Shown: one piece after another, positions 17,240 to 25,804 of the stretch | How the letters are laid out: each line of letters begins with the position of its first letter | How positions within the stretch are numbered: the first letter of the stretch is position 1 | Assembly (NCBI RefSeq): GCF_000007985.2 | Contig: NC_002939.5 | Location: 120,001 to 152,000 of the forward strand | Source: Geobacter sulfurreducens PCA | GTDB lineage: Bacteria > Desulfobacterota > Desulfuromonadia > Geobacterales > Geobacteraceae | DNA length: 32,000 nucleotides | Direction of reading: 5' to 3' | Notes under the pieces: model-generated | The model's database searches: none | What the model saw: the letters and a program-made list of their open reading frames with translations, nothing else | Told to the model about the DNA's origin: nothing | Position numbers and translations under genes: made by a program

Positions 17240-18355
17240 CTACCCCTCCTTCTCATCGTCGGAATCGTTCCCCTTGCGCAGGGCGCTCACCACGCCGTGG
17301 ATGCCGAATGCGGCCGCTGTGGCCGCTGCGATTCCCAGGCCGATCTGGTCGGCGGTAGCCTCTATGCCGAAGCCGGGCACATTGGGGAGCCGCTTGTAGA
17401 GCGGTGTCATGGAATCCCAGAAGTGGGGCTCGGAGCAGCCGGCGCAGCCATGGCCCGCCGAAACCGGCCAGGCTGTCTTTTCGTTGTAGCGCTGGGAGGG
17501 GCAGTTGTGGAAGGTTTCGGGGCCCTTGCAGCCCATTTTGTAGAGGCAGTGGCCCGCCCGGTGTGCCTGATCGCCCCATTGTTCCACATACTGGCCCGCG
17601 TCAAAGTGGGGCCGTCGCTCGCAGTTATCGTGAATCCGCTTGCCGTAGGCGAAGAGAGGGCGGCCCTTGCCGTCGGTGGCCGGCGGGGAGCCGAAGGTGA
17701 GCAGGTGGACCACGGTAGCCACCAGGTTGTCGGTGTTGACGGGGCAGCCGGGGAGGTTGATGACCGTGGCCCCCGGCACCGCATCCTTGACGCCGACCGC
17801 CCCGGTCGGGTTGGGCGCCGCCGCCGGTATCCCCCCGTAGGAGGCGCAGGTGCCGACGGTGATAGTTGCCATGGCGCCGCCGCAGACTTCGCGGGTGATG
17901 TCCAGGGCCGACCGGCCGCCGATGCAGCAGTAGGCGCCGTTTGCTCCGGTCGGAATCGCTCCTTCCACCACGGCGATGTACGTGCCGGATCGCGCTTTCA
18001 TGGTTGCGTGCCTGGCAGCTTCGGCCTGGAAGCCCGCCGCTGCCATGATGGTCTCGGCGTAGTCCACGGAGAGGACGTCCAGGACGATGTCGGCCACGGT
18101 GGGATTGGCGGCTCTCAGGAGTGCCTCGGTATCGCCGGTGCAGCTCTGGAATTCGAGCCAGATGACCGAGGGGCGCTTGTCATCCTCCAGGGCCTCGGCG
18201 ATTCGAGGCACCAGGGTAACCGGCAGGGCCAGCACCGCCGACATTGCGGTGCAGAACTTCAGGAAGTCACGCCGGGAAATCCCCTGTTCTTCCCATGTTC
18301 CCGAGCTCTTGCAATGCTGTTTCACCAAGTCGTTGCCATCGTCGTTACCTGCCAT
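17240..18355 (-). CDS. hyaS: [NiFe] hydrogenase small subunit with a Tat signal and C-terminal membrane anchor
   Basis: Twin-arginine motif SRRDFLKF, multiple Fe-S Cys clusters, and a C-terminal hydrophobic helix. I chose the ATG at 18355 because AAGGAGGA lies 7 nt upstream of it; the track start at 18373 is part of that SD. Confidence 0.95.
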   Translation of the reverse strand: MAGNDDGNDLVKQHCKSSGTWEEQGISRRDFLKFCTAMSAVLALPVTLVPRIAEALEDDKRPSVIWLEFQSCTGDTEALLRAANPTVADIVLDVLSVDYAETIMAAAGFQAEAARHATMKARSGTYIAVVEGAIPTGANGAYCCIGGRSALDITREVCGGAMATITVGTCASYGGIPAAAPNPTGAVGVKDAVPGATVINLPGCPVNTDNLVATVVHLLTFGSPPATDGKGRPLFAYGKRIHDNCERRPHFDAGQYVEQWGDQAHRAGHCLYKMGCKGPETFHNCPSQRYNEKTAWPVSAGHGCAGCSEPHFWDSMTPLYKRLPNVPGFGIEATADQIGLGIAAATAAAFGIHGVVSALRKGNDSDDEKEG

Positions 18356-18466
18356 GAAAGCATCCTCCTTCATTAGGCGTGGGAAGGCTCAGGTGGGGAT
18401 ATTCACGATAGGGCAGTATGATAAAACGTTATTTGTTAGTGTATACTTTCCGCGATGGTCCTGGTG

Positions 18467-18480
18467 TTGTCAAGTGACAA
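18467..18480 (-). promoter_or_regulatory. Palindrome TTGTC-AAGT-GACAA upstream of the hydrogenase operon (FNR/CRP-family-like box)
   Basis: Perfect 14-bp inverted repeat with TTG-N8-CAA geometry. Its centre (18473.5) is 28.5 nt upstream of a TATACA -10-like hexamer (18445-18440, minus strand), within an AT-rich stretch. Confidence 0.3.
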
Positions 18481-18513
18481 TCTGGGTGGAAACCCGAGGT
18501 GGGGAAGGGGGAG

Positions 18514-19230
18514 CTAGGGGGTTCTGGCAACAGTTGCGGCGTGGACTGCGGCGGCTCCGGCCTTCCGGAGGACCAGGGCACATTCGGCAATGGTGCTACC
18601 CGTGGTGAAGACGTCGTCCAGCAGCAGTACCCTCCGGCCGGCCACCGCAGCGGGGGAGGGGACGGCAAAGGCTCCCCGGATATTTTCCCGCCGCTGGGCG
18701 GAGGTGAGCCCCACTTGGGGGGCCGTGGCGCGGACCCGGCCCAGGGTGGCGCGGTGCAAAGGGATGCGCCACCGTCTGGCAAGCAGTTCGCCCATCAGGA
18801 TCGCCTGGTTGAAGCCGCGCTCCCGGAGACGGGAGCGATGAAGGGGGACCGGGATGATCAGGTCGGAGGCTGACTCGGCCACGAAGGAAGAAAGCCGCTC
18901 CGCTGCCAGGAGGGCCAGGGGGCGGCGCAGGTGAGCCTTGTGGCCGTACTTGAAGCGGTGCACCAGTTCCTGCACCGGTCCCTCGAAGAGGTAGGCGGCC
19001 CGGGCTCCCTCATAGGGAGGCGGGGAGACGATGCAGTCGCCGCAGCGGTGGTCGATTCCCCCTTCGGTGGCGAAGGGAACTCCGCACACAGTGCAGAGGG
19101 GCGAGCCGATCGGCTTTGCCCGGGCGAGGCAGGCGGGGCAGAGGTGAAGCTTCTCCGCCCCCGGGATGGGGGCGCGACACAGGTGGCAGAGGGGAGGGAA
19201 GAGGATGTCGAGCAGCGCCCGGACGATCAC
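18514..19230 (-). CDS. comF: ComF-family protein (phosphoribosyltransferase domain with N-terminal Zn-ribbon)
   Basis: 238 aa with a GTG start. It has four CxxC pairs (CHLC, CPAC, CTVCG, CGDC) and the PRTase motif VLLLDDVFTTGSTI. Confidence 0.85.
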   Translation of the reverse strand: MIVRALLDILFPPLCHLCRAPIPGAEKLHLCPACLARAKPIGSPLCTVCGVPFATEGGIDHRCGDCIVSPPPYEGARAAYLFEGPVQELVHRFKYGHKAHLRRPLALLAAERLSSFVAESASDLIIPVPLHRSRLRERGFNQAILMGELLARRWRIPLHRATLGRVRATAPQVGLTSAQRRENIRGAFAVPSPAAVAGRRVLLLDDVFTTGSTIAECALVLRKAGAAAVHAATVARTP

Positions 19231-19233
19231 CGG

Positions 19234-19887
19234 CTAGAGCCCCATGTCTTCGTTCACCACCAGGACCCTGAGGTCCGTGAGCCGGGGGTTGCGGTCGATC
19301 ACCGTGGTGATCCGGCAGATCCGGTCCGGGGAGTTGCAGTCGGAGCAGAAGCCGGTGGTGGCGCAGGGTGTCTTGTAGCTGAGCCGTCGGGCGTTGGGGG
19401 GCGATGCCCACTCCTTCACCCGTGCGATGGCCTCGGTCACCCCGCCGTCCACGATTTTGTTCCTGCCGGCGACCACGATCACCGTGCGCGGGCCGAAGAA
19501 CATGGAGGCAACCCGGTTCCCCGTGGCATCGATGTTCACGAGCCAGCCAGAGAGGGTAAGGGCGTTGGTACCGGTGAGAAAGAGGTCGCAGGTGAGCTGA
19601 CGTCGCATGATGGCAACACGTTCCTCAAGAGAAAGTCCCGGCAGGCCGTGGATCAGGAGCTCTTTGTCCATCTCCCTGAGCCGGTCGATCACCTGCAGGT
19701 CAACTACCGACAGGGAGCCGCCGAAACCAATGCTCCGGGCGTCCACCGCCTCGGTCAGGATGTAGTCGAAGGCCTCCCTGCCGCTCGGGCAATAGACGGC
19801 GGTGAAGCCGTTCTTCTCAAGTGCGGCCACTGCCTTGCGGCACTTCTGTTCATGGGTCCAGTCCACGAGTTCCGTGGTAAGTGACAT
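19234..19887 (-). CDS. LUD-domain (DUF162, LutC/YkgG-like) protein with a C-terminal Cys cluster
   Basis: 217 aa with SD AAAGGAG 7 nt upstream. The overall resemblance is to the lactate-utilisation LUD fold. It ends in a CATTGFCSDCNSPDRIC motif. The call rests on family resemblance from memory only. Confidence 0.6.
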   Translation of the reverse strand: MSLTTELVDWTHEQKCRKAVAALEKNGFTAVYCPSGREAFDYILTEAVDARSIGFGGSLSVVDLQVIDRLREMDKELLIHGLPGLSLEERVAIMRRQLTCDLFLTGTNALTLSGWLVNIDATGNRVASMFFGPRTVIVVAGRNKIVDGGVTEAIARVKEWASPPNARRLSYKTPCATTGFCSDCNSPDRICRITTVIDRNPRLTDLRVLVVNEDMGL

Positions 19888-19911
19888 GGTTAGACTCCTT
19901 TCTTCAGGGGG

Positions 19912-20889
19912 TCACGGTCCCAGAAGCCGCATGTACTCGGCATAGGGAATCTGAGATTTCCAGTGTCCGGTGGCGCGCCCCGCAACGGATCCTCCAACGA
20001 AGATCACCACCACCAGCACGGCGAAGACGGTGCCGCTGACCGCCACCCGCCTGCCGGTGAGCTTCATGGACAGGGCTCCCTGGGCGCGGCAGTGGCTGAC
20101 GCAGCGCCAGCAGCCGATGCACTCTTCCGAATGGACCCGCTCCTTGGCCATGACTGGGATGTAGGCCGGACAGACCTGGGTGCAGACTCCGCAGGAGACG
20201 CAGACGGTCCGCTCCCGCGTCACCTTCACCGGCGAGAGGAGGGAGACGAGGCCGAGCAGCGCTCCGTAGGGGCAGAGGTAGCGGCAGAAGGGGTTGCGCA
20301 CAGGCAGCGACAGGACCAGCAGCACCAGGATGACCACCAAGGGGATGCCTGACAGGTGCAGGAAGAAGTTCAGCAGTTTCACATCGGCAATCAGGTGATC
20401 ATCCATGAAAATGAAGGCCTTTACCGCCGGAGGTGGCATGACCCACAGAATTGAATAGAGAAAGAAGGCCAAAAGCAGGTACTTCAGGCCGCGCAGGGCC
20501 ACATCGAGCCAGCGGGGAGGCCTCAGATTGCGGCGGAAGAGGGTGAAACCACGCTTCCAGAGCAGTTCCGACAGGGTCCCCACAGGGCAGATCCAGGAGC
20601 AGAAGGAGCGCTTGAGCAAGAGCGACACCGCTACTACCGTCACAAAGACCACCACGGCCGCGGGATGCACCGGATTTATTGTGCCGCCGGCAAACCAGTC
20701 CTTGAGCCCCAGCAGGCCCGATATGGGCAGAAATCCGTCCACGCCGTCGGGGCGGGGCACAAAGGGGGTCGCGCCCCCTGTGCGGAAGTGCTGTACGAAG
20801 AGATACAACCGCACCCCCAGGTAGAGCATGAAAACAAGAAATCCCAACTGGATGGCGATGCGGAGGGGTTGCATGTAGCGGTTGCTCAT
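19912..20889 (-). CDS. Integral-membrane 4Fe-4S polyferredoxin (NapH/MauN/YccM-like)
   Basis: Membrane CxxCP motifs (CSWICPVG, CRYLCPYG) plus two ferredoxin clusters (CVSCGVCTQVCP, CIGCWRCVSHC). I chose the ATG at 20889 because GGGAG lies 6 nt upstream; the track start at 20910 has no SD. Confidence 0.8.
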   Translation of the reverse strand: MSNRYMQPLRIAIQLGFLVFMLYLGVRLYLFVQHFRTGGATPFVPRPDGVDGFLPISGLLGLKDWFAGGTINPVHPAAVVVFVTVVAVSLLLKRSFCSWICPVGTLSELLWKRGFTLFRRNLRPPRWLDVALRGLKYLLLAFFLYSILWVMPPPAVKAFIFMDDHLIADVKLLNFFLHLSGIPLVVILVLLVLSLPVRNPFCRYLCPYGALLGLVSLLSPVKVTRERTVCVSCGVCTQVCPAYIPVMAKERVHSEECIGCWRCVSHCRAQGALSMKLTGRRVAVSGTVFAVLVVVIFVGGSVAGRATGHWKSQIPYAEYMRLLGP

Positions 20890-21095
20890 GTTGATCTCCC
20901 GTTGAGACATATTGTGTCGCGATGTCCTGGTACCCTTTCCGTATCAGATACTCAAGGAGGCTGCCATGGAACCGCTTGTCGCCTTTGGCGTTATTCTCGT
21001 TGTCTACTGTGCCGGCATCGCCCTTGCGGACGTGTTGCGCGACCGGCCCGTTCCCCGAGGGGAGGCACAGGGGGCCTCACAACCCCGTCCCCTGG

Positions 21096-21944
21096 TCAGG
21101 GAACGTCGCAGAGCCGCTGCAGTTCGAGGTCGAGGAGGTAGCGCGGCTGCACGTTGCCCAGAGCGCGCAGCAGGCTCCGCTTGACTGCCGGGTTTTCCTT
21201 TTCCAGTTCGGTCAGGAGCTTTTTCATCCGCCGGCGCTGGAGATCAGCGGTGCCGCAGACCGGGCAAGAGCAGCAAACCACCGGAAAGCGGTTCTCCCGG
21301 GCAAAGGGGATGATCTCCCGTTCCTCCACGTAGACCAGCGGCCGGATTACCGTTGTCTCGCCGTTGTCGGCCAGCATCCGGGGCGCCATGGCTTTGAGGG
21401 TCCCCACAAAGAACTGGTTCAGAAGCAGGGTCTCCACGAAATCGTCCAGGTGATGTCCCAGGGCCAGTTTGTTGCAGCCCAATTTCTGGGCCAGGGTATA
21501 GAGGACGCCGCGCTTCAGCCGGGCGCAGATGGAGCAGTAGGACGAGCCGGGGCGGCGCTTTTCGCGGATGATGTCATAGTGGTCCGTGGTCTCCAGGTGG
21601 TGGGCAAACCCTTGTTCCCGCAAGTAGGAGGCTATCACGTCGCTGCGGAATCCGGGGTAGCCGGAATCGATGGTGACGGCAACCAGCTCGTATTTCACCG
21701 GTGCCCGGCGCCGCAGTCCCTCAAGGATGTGCAGCAGGGTGTACGAGTCTTTGCCCCCGGACACCGCCACCGCGATCCGATCCCCGTCCCGGATGAGGCC
21801 GAAGTCGGCCACTGCCCGGCCCACGGCATTTTTTATCTTCTTGTATCGTATGTTATCGATGAATTCCACCCGAATCTCCCTTCCGTGCAAGCCCTCAGGG
21901 TAGCGGAAACGCGCCGGTTTCGTCAAGGCGTGCCATCCGGGCAT
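21096..21944 (-). CDS. ttcA: tRNA 2-thiocytidine(32) synthetase
   Basis: 282 aa with the PP-loop VAVSGGKDS and Cys motifs CSICARLKRG and CSCPVCG. SD AAGGAGAG is upstream. Confidence 0.88.
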   Translation of the reverse strand: MPGWHALTKPARFRYPEGLHGREIRVEFIDNIRYKKIKNAVGRAVADFGLIRDGDRIAVAVSGGKDSYTLLHILEGLRRRAPVKYELVAVTIDSGYPGFRSDVIASYLREQGFAHHLETTDHYDIIREKRRPGSSYCSICARLKRGVLYTLAQKLGCNKLALGHHLDDFVETLLLNQFFVGTLKAMAPRMLADNGETTVIRPLVYVEEREIIPFARENRFPVVCCSCPVCGTADLQRRRMKKLLTELEKENPAVKRSLLRALGNVQPRYLLDLELQRLCDVP

Positions 21945-21964
21945 TCAGGTCTCTCCTTGTCCGG

Positions 21965-24247
21965 ATGCCCGACTGCTGGTACCATGGGGCCATGTCATCA
22001 TTCCCCGTGAACGAACGGCAGACCGTCATTGTCCACGTGGCGGTTCCGCTTCCGCTCGATGCCCCCTTTTCCTACCGCGTGCCCGCTCCGCTGGCTCCGG
22101 CGGCTGCGGTGGGGCGGCGGCTCCTCGTCCCCTTCGGCCGACGGAAAGTGACCGGCTACGTGCTGGAGGTTGCCGATGACGACGGACGGGAGCTGCGCGA
22201 CGTTCTTGAGTTCCTGGACGATGGCCCCCTCTTCACACCCGGCGAACTGGCTCTGTACCGCTGGGCTTCTTCCTATTATCTCCACCCCCTCGGCGAGGTG
22301 ATCAAGGCGGCGCTCCCGGCGGGGATCAACGTCCAGAGTCGCCGCGGCGCGGGCCTGGACGAGGGAGAGCTCACCGGTGGCCGCTCGGTGAAGACCGAAC
22401 GGGTCTATCGCGCCGTTGCCGAGGTGCCGGATACTGTCCCTCCGCCGGGCAAGGCCTCGGAGCTGCTGGCGCACCTGGCGGAGCGGGAGGAGGAATCGGC
22501 GTCGGAGCTGCGGCGTCTCTTCGGTGAATGTTCAGTTCAGCTCAGGCGGCTGCGGGAGCTGGGATTCGTGGAGATGGCTGAGCGGGAAATCTACCGGGAC
22601 CCGTTCCGGATGGAAGCCGTTGGTCACGACCGTCCCCTTGAGCTCAACGAGCGGCAGTCCGCTGCCCTGGTCCGGCTGCGGGCGGCCCTGGACGCTGGAC
22701 GGTTCACCCCTTTCCTGCTCCGGGGCGTCACCGGCAGCGGCAAGACGGAAGTCTATCTCCAGGCCATCGCCCATTGTCTCGAACAGGGAAGGAGCGCCTT
22801 GGTCCTGGTCCCCGAGATCGCCCTCACTCCCCAGCTGGTAAGCCGGTTCCGCCGGCGGTTCCGGTGCGGGGTGGCAGTGCTCCACAGCGGTCTCTCCGAT
22901 GGAGAGCGCTTCGATGAATGGCGCCGGATCCGCCGGGGTGAGGCGGCCATCGTCATCGGTGCCCGCTCGGCGATTTTCGCTCCTCTGGCCGATCTGGGCA
23001 TGATCGTGGTGGACGAGGAACACGAAGGTTCTTACAAGCAGGGGGAGGGGTTCCGCTACAACGCCCGCGACATGGCCCTGGTACGGGGCAAGATGGCCGG
23101 GGCTTGCGTGGTCCTCGGCACCGCTACGCCCCAGGTCACTACCTGGTATGCGGTTGCCGGCGGCAAGCTCGAATGCCTCGATCTCCCCGAACGGGTGAAC
23201 GGCCTTCCCCTGCCGTCGGCAGAGATCATCGACGTCCGGGGTGCCAGGGGACATGTCCTCCATCCACGCCTCGCCGCGGAGGTGGAGGCGAACCTGGCGC
23301 GCGGCGAGCAAACCCTCCTCTTCCTCAACCGCCGCGGCTTCTCCACCTGGCTCACCTGCGAAGAATGCGGCCACGTGCTCCGCTGCCCGAATTGCCAGGT
23401 AACCCTCACCTACCACCAGGGCAGGAACCGGCACATCTGCCACTACTGCGATTATGCCGTTCCGGCCCCGTCCATGTGTCCGGGGTGCGGCTGCGGACGG
23501 ATCATCCACCTGGGGCTCGGCACCGAACAGGTGGAAGCGTACGTGCGGGAGCACTTTCCCCATGCCCGGGTGGACCGGATGGACCGGGACACCACTGCCC
23601 GCAGGGGGGGGCACGCCCGGATCCTGCGCAAGGTGGCGGAGCGACAGACCGACATCCTCATCGGCACCCAGATGGTGGCCAAAGGGCATGACTTCCCGGG
23701 GATCACCCTGGTGGGGATACTGTCGGTGGAATCGACCCTCAATATCCCCGATTACCGGAGTGCCGAGCGGACGTTCCAGCTGGTGACCCAACTCATCGGA
23801 CGGGCAGGACGGGGGGATGATCCGGGCCGGGTGCTGATCCAGAGCCTCAATCCCGATCACTACGCCCTGGCCCACGCCGTGGCCGGCGATATGGACGGTT
23901 TTTACGGGGCAGAACTGGCGTTCCGCCAGGAGACCGGCTACCCCCCCTTTGCCCATCTGGCGGCCCTCTGTCTGAGCGGCACCGCCGCATCGGCCGTGGA
24001 GCGGACAAGTGAGCTCCTGGCGGCGCGGCTGCGCGAATTGCGCCGGGATGGGGGCGGGCGGGTCGAGATTCTGGGGCCCGCGCCCGCGCCCCTGGCCAAG
24101 CTTCGCGGCCGTTTCCGCCGGCAGATCCTTCTGAAGGCCGCAGGCCGGACTGCCCTCCATCGCCTCGTCTGTCGGGCGCGCGAGAGCTTCCAGCCTCAGG
24201 CTGGCGTGAGGCTCCTGGTTGACATCGACCCCGTGGATCTCATGTAA
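21965..24247 (+). CDS. priA: Primosomal replication-restart helicase PriA
   Basis: Walker A GVTGSGKTEVY, DEEH box, and a Cys-rich zinc insertion (CEECGHVLRCPNCQVTLTYH...CHYC...CPGCG). The ATG at 21992 (MSSFPV) is an equally plausible start. Confidence 0.93.
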   Translation: MPDCWYHGAMSSFPVNERQTVIVHVAVPLPLDAPFSYRVPAPLAPAAAVGRRLLVPFGRRKVTGYVLEVADDDGRELRDVLEFLDDGPLFTPGELALYRWASSYYLHPLGEVIKAALPAGINVQSRRGAGLDEGELTGGRSVKTERVYRAVAEVPDTVPPPGKASELLAHLAEREEESASELRRLFGECSVQLRRLRELGFVEMAEREIYRDPFRMEAVGHDRPLELNERQSAALVRLRAALDAGRFTPFLLRGVTGSGKTEVYLQAIAHCLEQGRSALVLVPEIALTPQLVSRFRRRFRCGVAVLHSGLSDGERFDEWRRIRRGEAAIVIGARSAIFAPLADLGMIVVDEEHEGSYKQGEGFRYNARDMALVRGKMAGACVVLGTATPQVTTWYAVAGGKLECLDLPERVNGLPLPSAEIIDVRGARGHVLHPRLAAEVEANLARGEQTLLFLNRRGFSTWLTCEECGHVLRCPNCQVTLTYHQGRNRHICHYCDYAVPAPSMCPGCGCGRIIHLGLGTEQVEAYVREHFPHARVDRMDRDTTARRGGHARILRKVAERQTDILIGTQMVAKGHDFPGITLVGILSVESTLNIPDYRSAERTFQLVTQLIGRAGRGDDPGRVLIQSLNPDHYALAHAVAGDMDGFYGAELAFRQETGYPPFAHLAALCLSGTAASAVERTSELLAARLRELRRDGGGRVEILGPAPAPLAKLRGRFRRQILLKAAGRTALHRLVCRARESFQPQAGVRLLVDIDPVDLM

Positions 24248-24270
24248 ACCCCCATGCCCCTCGTTTAGAT

Positions 24271-24300
24271 TTGATTTTTCCCGCCGCAATTGGCTATTAT
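24271..24300 (+). promoter_or_regulatory. Candidate sigma-70 promoter for def-fmt
   Basis: -35 TTGATT (24271-24276), an 18-nt spacer, and -10 TATTAT (24295-24300), about 35 nt upstream of the def ATG. Confidence 0.35.
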
Positions 24301-24334
24301 CAAAAAGATTAACCCATTACGGAAGGTTCAGACC

Positions 24335-24838
24335 ATGGTACGCACGATCCTCACCTATCCCGATCCGGTGCTGAAGAAAAAAGCGGTGCCGGTTACCATC
24401 ATCAACGACGCCACCCGTGAACTGGTTCGCGACATGGCCGAAACCATGTACGATGCCCAGGGCGTCGGGCTGGCGGCCCCCCAGATCGGCGTGAGCCAGC
24501 GGGTCATCGTCATTGATGTTTCACAGCGCGACGAGCGGCCCGAGCTGATCGTCTGCATCAACCCGGTCATCATTCATGGCGAGGGAGAGTCCTACGAGGA
24601 GGAGGGGTGCCTTTCGGTCCCCAAGTACTCGGCCAATGTCCACCGCCACGAGCGGGTGGTGGTCAAGTCCCTCAACCTGGAGGGAGAGGAGGTCGTCCAT
24701 CGGGCGGAGGGACTGCTTGCCATCGCCTTTCAGCATGAGATCGACCACCTGGACGGCGTCCTTTTTGTGGATCACCTCTCCGCGCTCAAGAAGGAAATGT
24801 TCAAGAAAAAATACCGCCGCATGACCGAAGAGGAGTGA
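24335..24838 (+). CDS. def: Peptide deformylase
   Basis: 167 aa from the ATG at 24335, with SD GGAAGG 8 nt upstream. It has the three signature motifs GVGLAAPQIG, EGCLSVP and HEIDHLDG. Confidence 0.96.
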   Translation: MVRTILTYPDPVLKKKAVPVTIINDATRELVRDMAETMYDAQGVGLAAPQIGVSQRVIVIDVSQRDERPELIVCINPVIIHGEGESYEEEGCLSVPKYSANVHRHERVVVKSLNLEGEEVVHRAEGLLAIAFQHEIDHLDGVLFVDHLSALKKEMFKKKYRRMTEEE

Positions 24839-24848
24839 GGATCAACCT

Positions 24849-25802
24849 ATGGCCGGACTGCGCATCATCTTCATGGGAACCCCCGAATTTGCCTGCCCCA
24901 CGCTCAGGAAGCTGATCGAGCGCGGCGAGGAGGTCATCGCCGTCGTCACCCAGCCCGACCGTCCCAAGGGGCGCGGCCAGAAGCTCGTGCCGCCACCGGT
25001 GAAGGCCCTGGCCCAAGAGCACGACATCCCGGTGCTCCAGCCCCTCAAGGTGCGAACCCCGGAGTCCGTCGATGAGATTCGCCGGCTCGCCCCCGATCTC
25101 ATCGTCGTCGTGGCCTTCGGCCAGATTCTGCCCCAGAGCCTGCTCGATATCCCGAAGCACGGCTGTATCAACATTCATGCCTCGCTCCTTCCCCGCTACC
25201 GGGGAGCGGCTCCTCTCAACTGGTGTCTCATCAACGGCGAGACCGAGACCGGAATCACTACCATGATGATGGATGCGGGCCTCGACACCGGGGACATGCT
25301 CGTGAAACGGGCCATCCCCATCGGGCCCGACGAGGATGCCCAGTCCCTCCATGACCGCCTGTCGCAATTGGGTGCCGAGACCATCGACGAGACCCTCGAT
25401 CTCTTGCTGGCCGGCAAACTGGTGCGCGAAAAGCAGGATGATTCCCTCACCTGCTACGCTCCCATGCTCAAGAAGGAGGATGGCCTCGTCGACTGGACCC
25501 GAGAGCCGGTGCAAGTCAAGAACCAGGTGCGGGGCTTTACCCCGTGGCCGGGAGCCTATACCTTCCTGGACGGGAAGACCCTCAAGCTCTACCGGGTGGC
25601 TGTCGCCGGTGAAACCGGCGAGCCCGGCGAGATCCTGAGGGTTGGCAGGGAGGGGATTCTCGTGGGATGCGGCTCCGGCAGCATTCTGATCCAGGAGTTG
25701 CAGCTGGAGGGACGCAAGCGGCTCCCGACTGCCGAGTTTCTTGCCGGATTCCGCCTGGAACCGGGAACGCGCCTCGGTGAGGCAGGGAGCGTGGAGCACT
25801 GA
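24849..25802 (+). CDS. fmt: Methionyl-tRNA formyltransferase
   Basis: 317 aa with the motifs RIIFMGTPEFA, TQPDRPKGRG and NIHASLLPRYRGAAP. Confidence 0.96.
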   Translation: MAGLRIIFMGTPEFACPTLRKLIERGEEVIAVVTQPDRPKGRGQKLVPPPVKALAQEHDIPVLQPLKVRTPESVDEIRRLAPDLIVVVAFGQILPQSLLDIPKHGCINIHASLLPRYRGAAPLNWCLINGETETGITTMMMDAGLDTGDMLVKRAIPIGPDEDAQSLHDRLSQLGAETIDETLDLLLAGKLVREKQDDSLTCYAPMLKKEDGLVDWTREPVQVKNQVRGFTPWPGAYTFLDGKTLKLYRVAVAGETGEPGEILRVGREGILVGCGSGSILIQELQLEGRKRLPTAEFLAGFRLEPGTRLGEAGSVEH

Positions 25803-25804
25803 CA

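Noticed and set aside
16904-18376. 490-aa ORF antisense to the hydrogenase large and small subunits
   Set aside because: Shadow ORF opposite conserved genes with no motifs, for the same reason as above.
18525-18537. TGGCAACAGTTGC, resembling a sigma-54 -24/-12 element
   Set aside because: The GG-to-GC spacing is 2 nt too short. It is also on the plus strand inside the comF coding region, pointing away from any gene start.
22532-24289. 585-aa ORF antisense to priA
   Set aside because: Shadow ORF opposite a gene with clear helicase motifs. It has low-complexity Gly/Pro/Ala/Arg composition.
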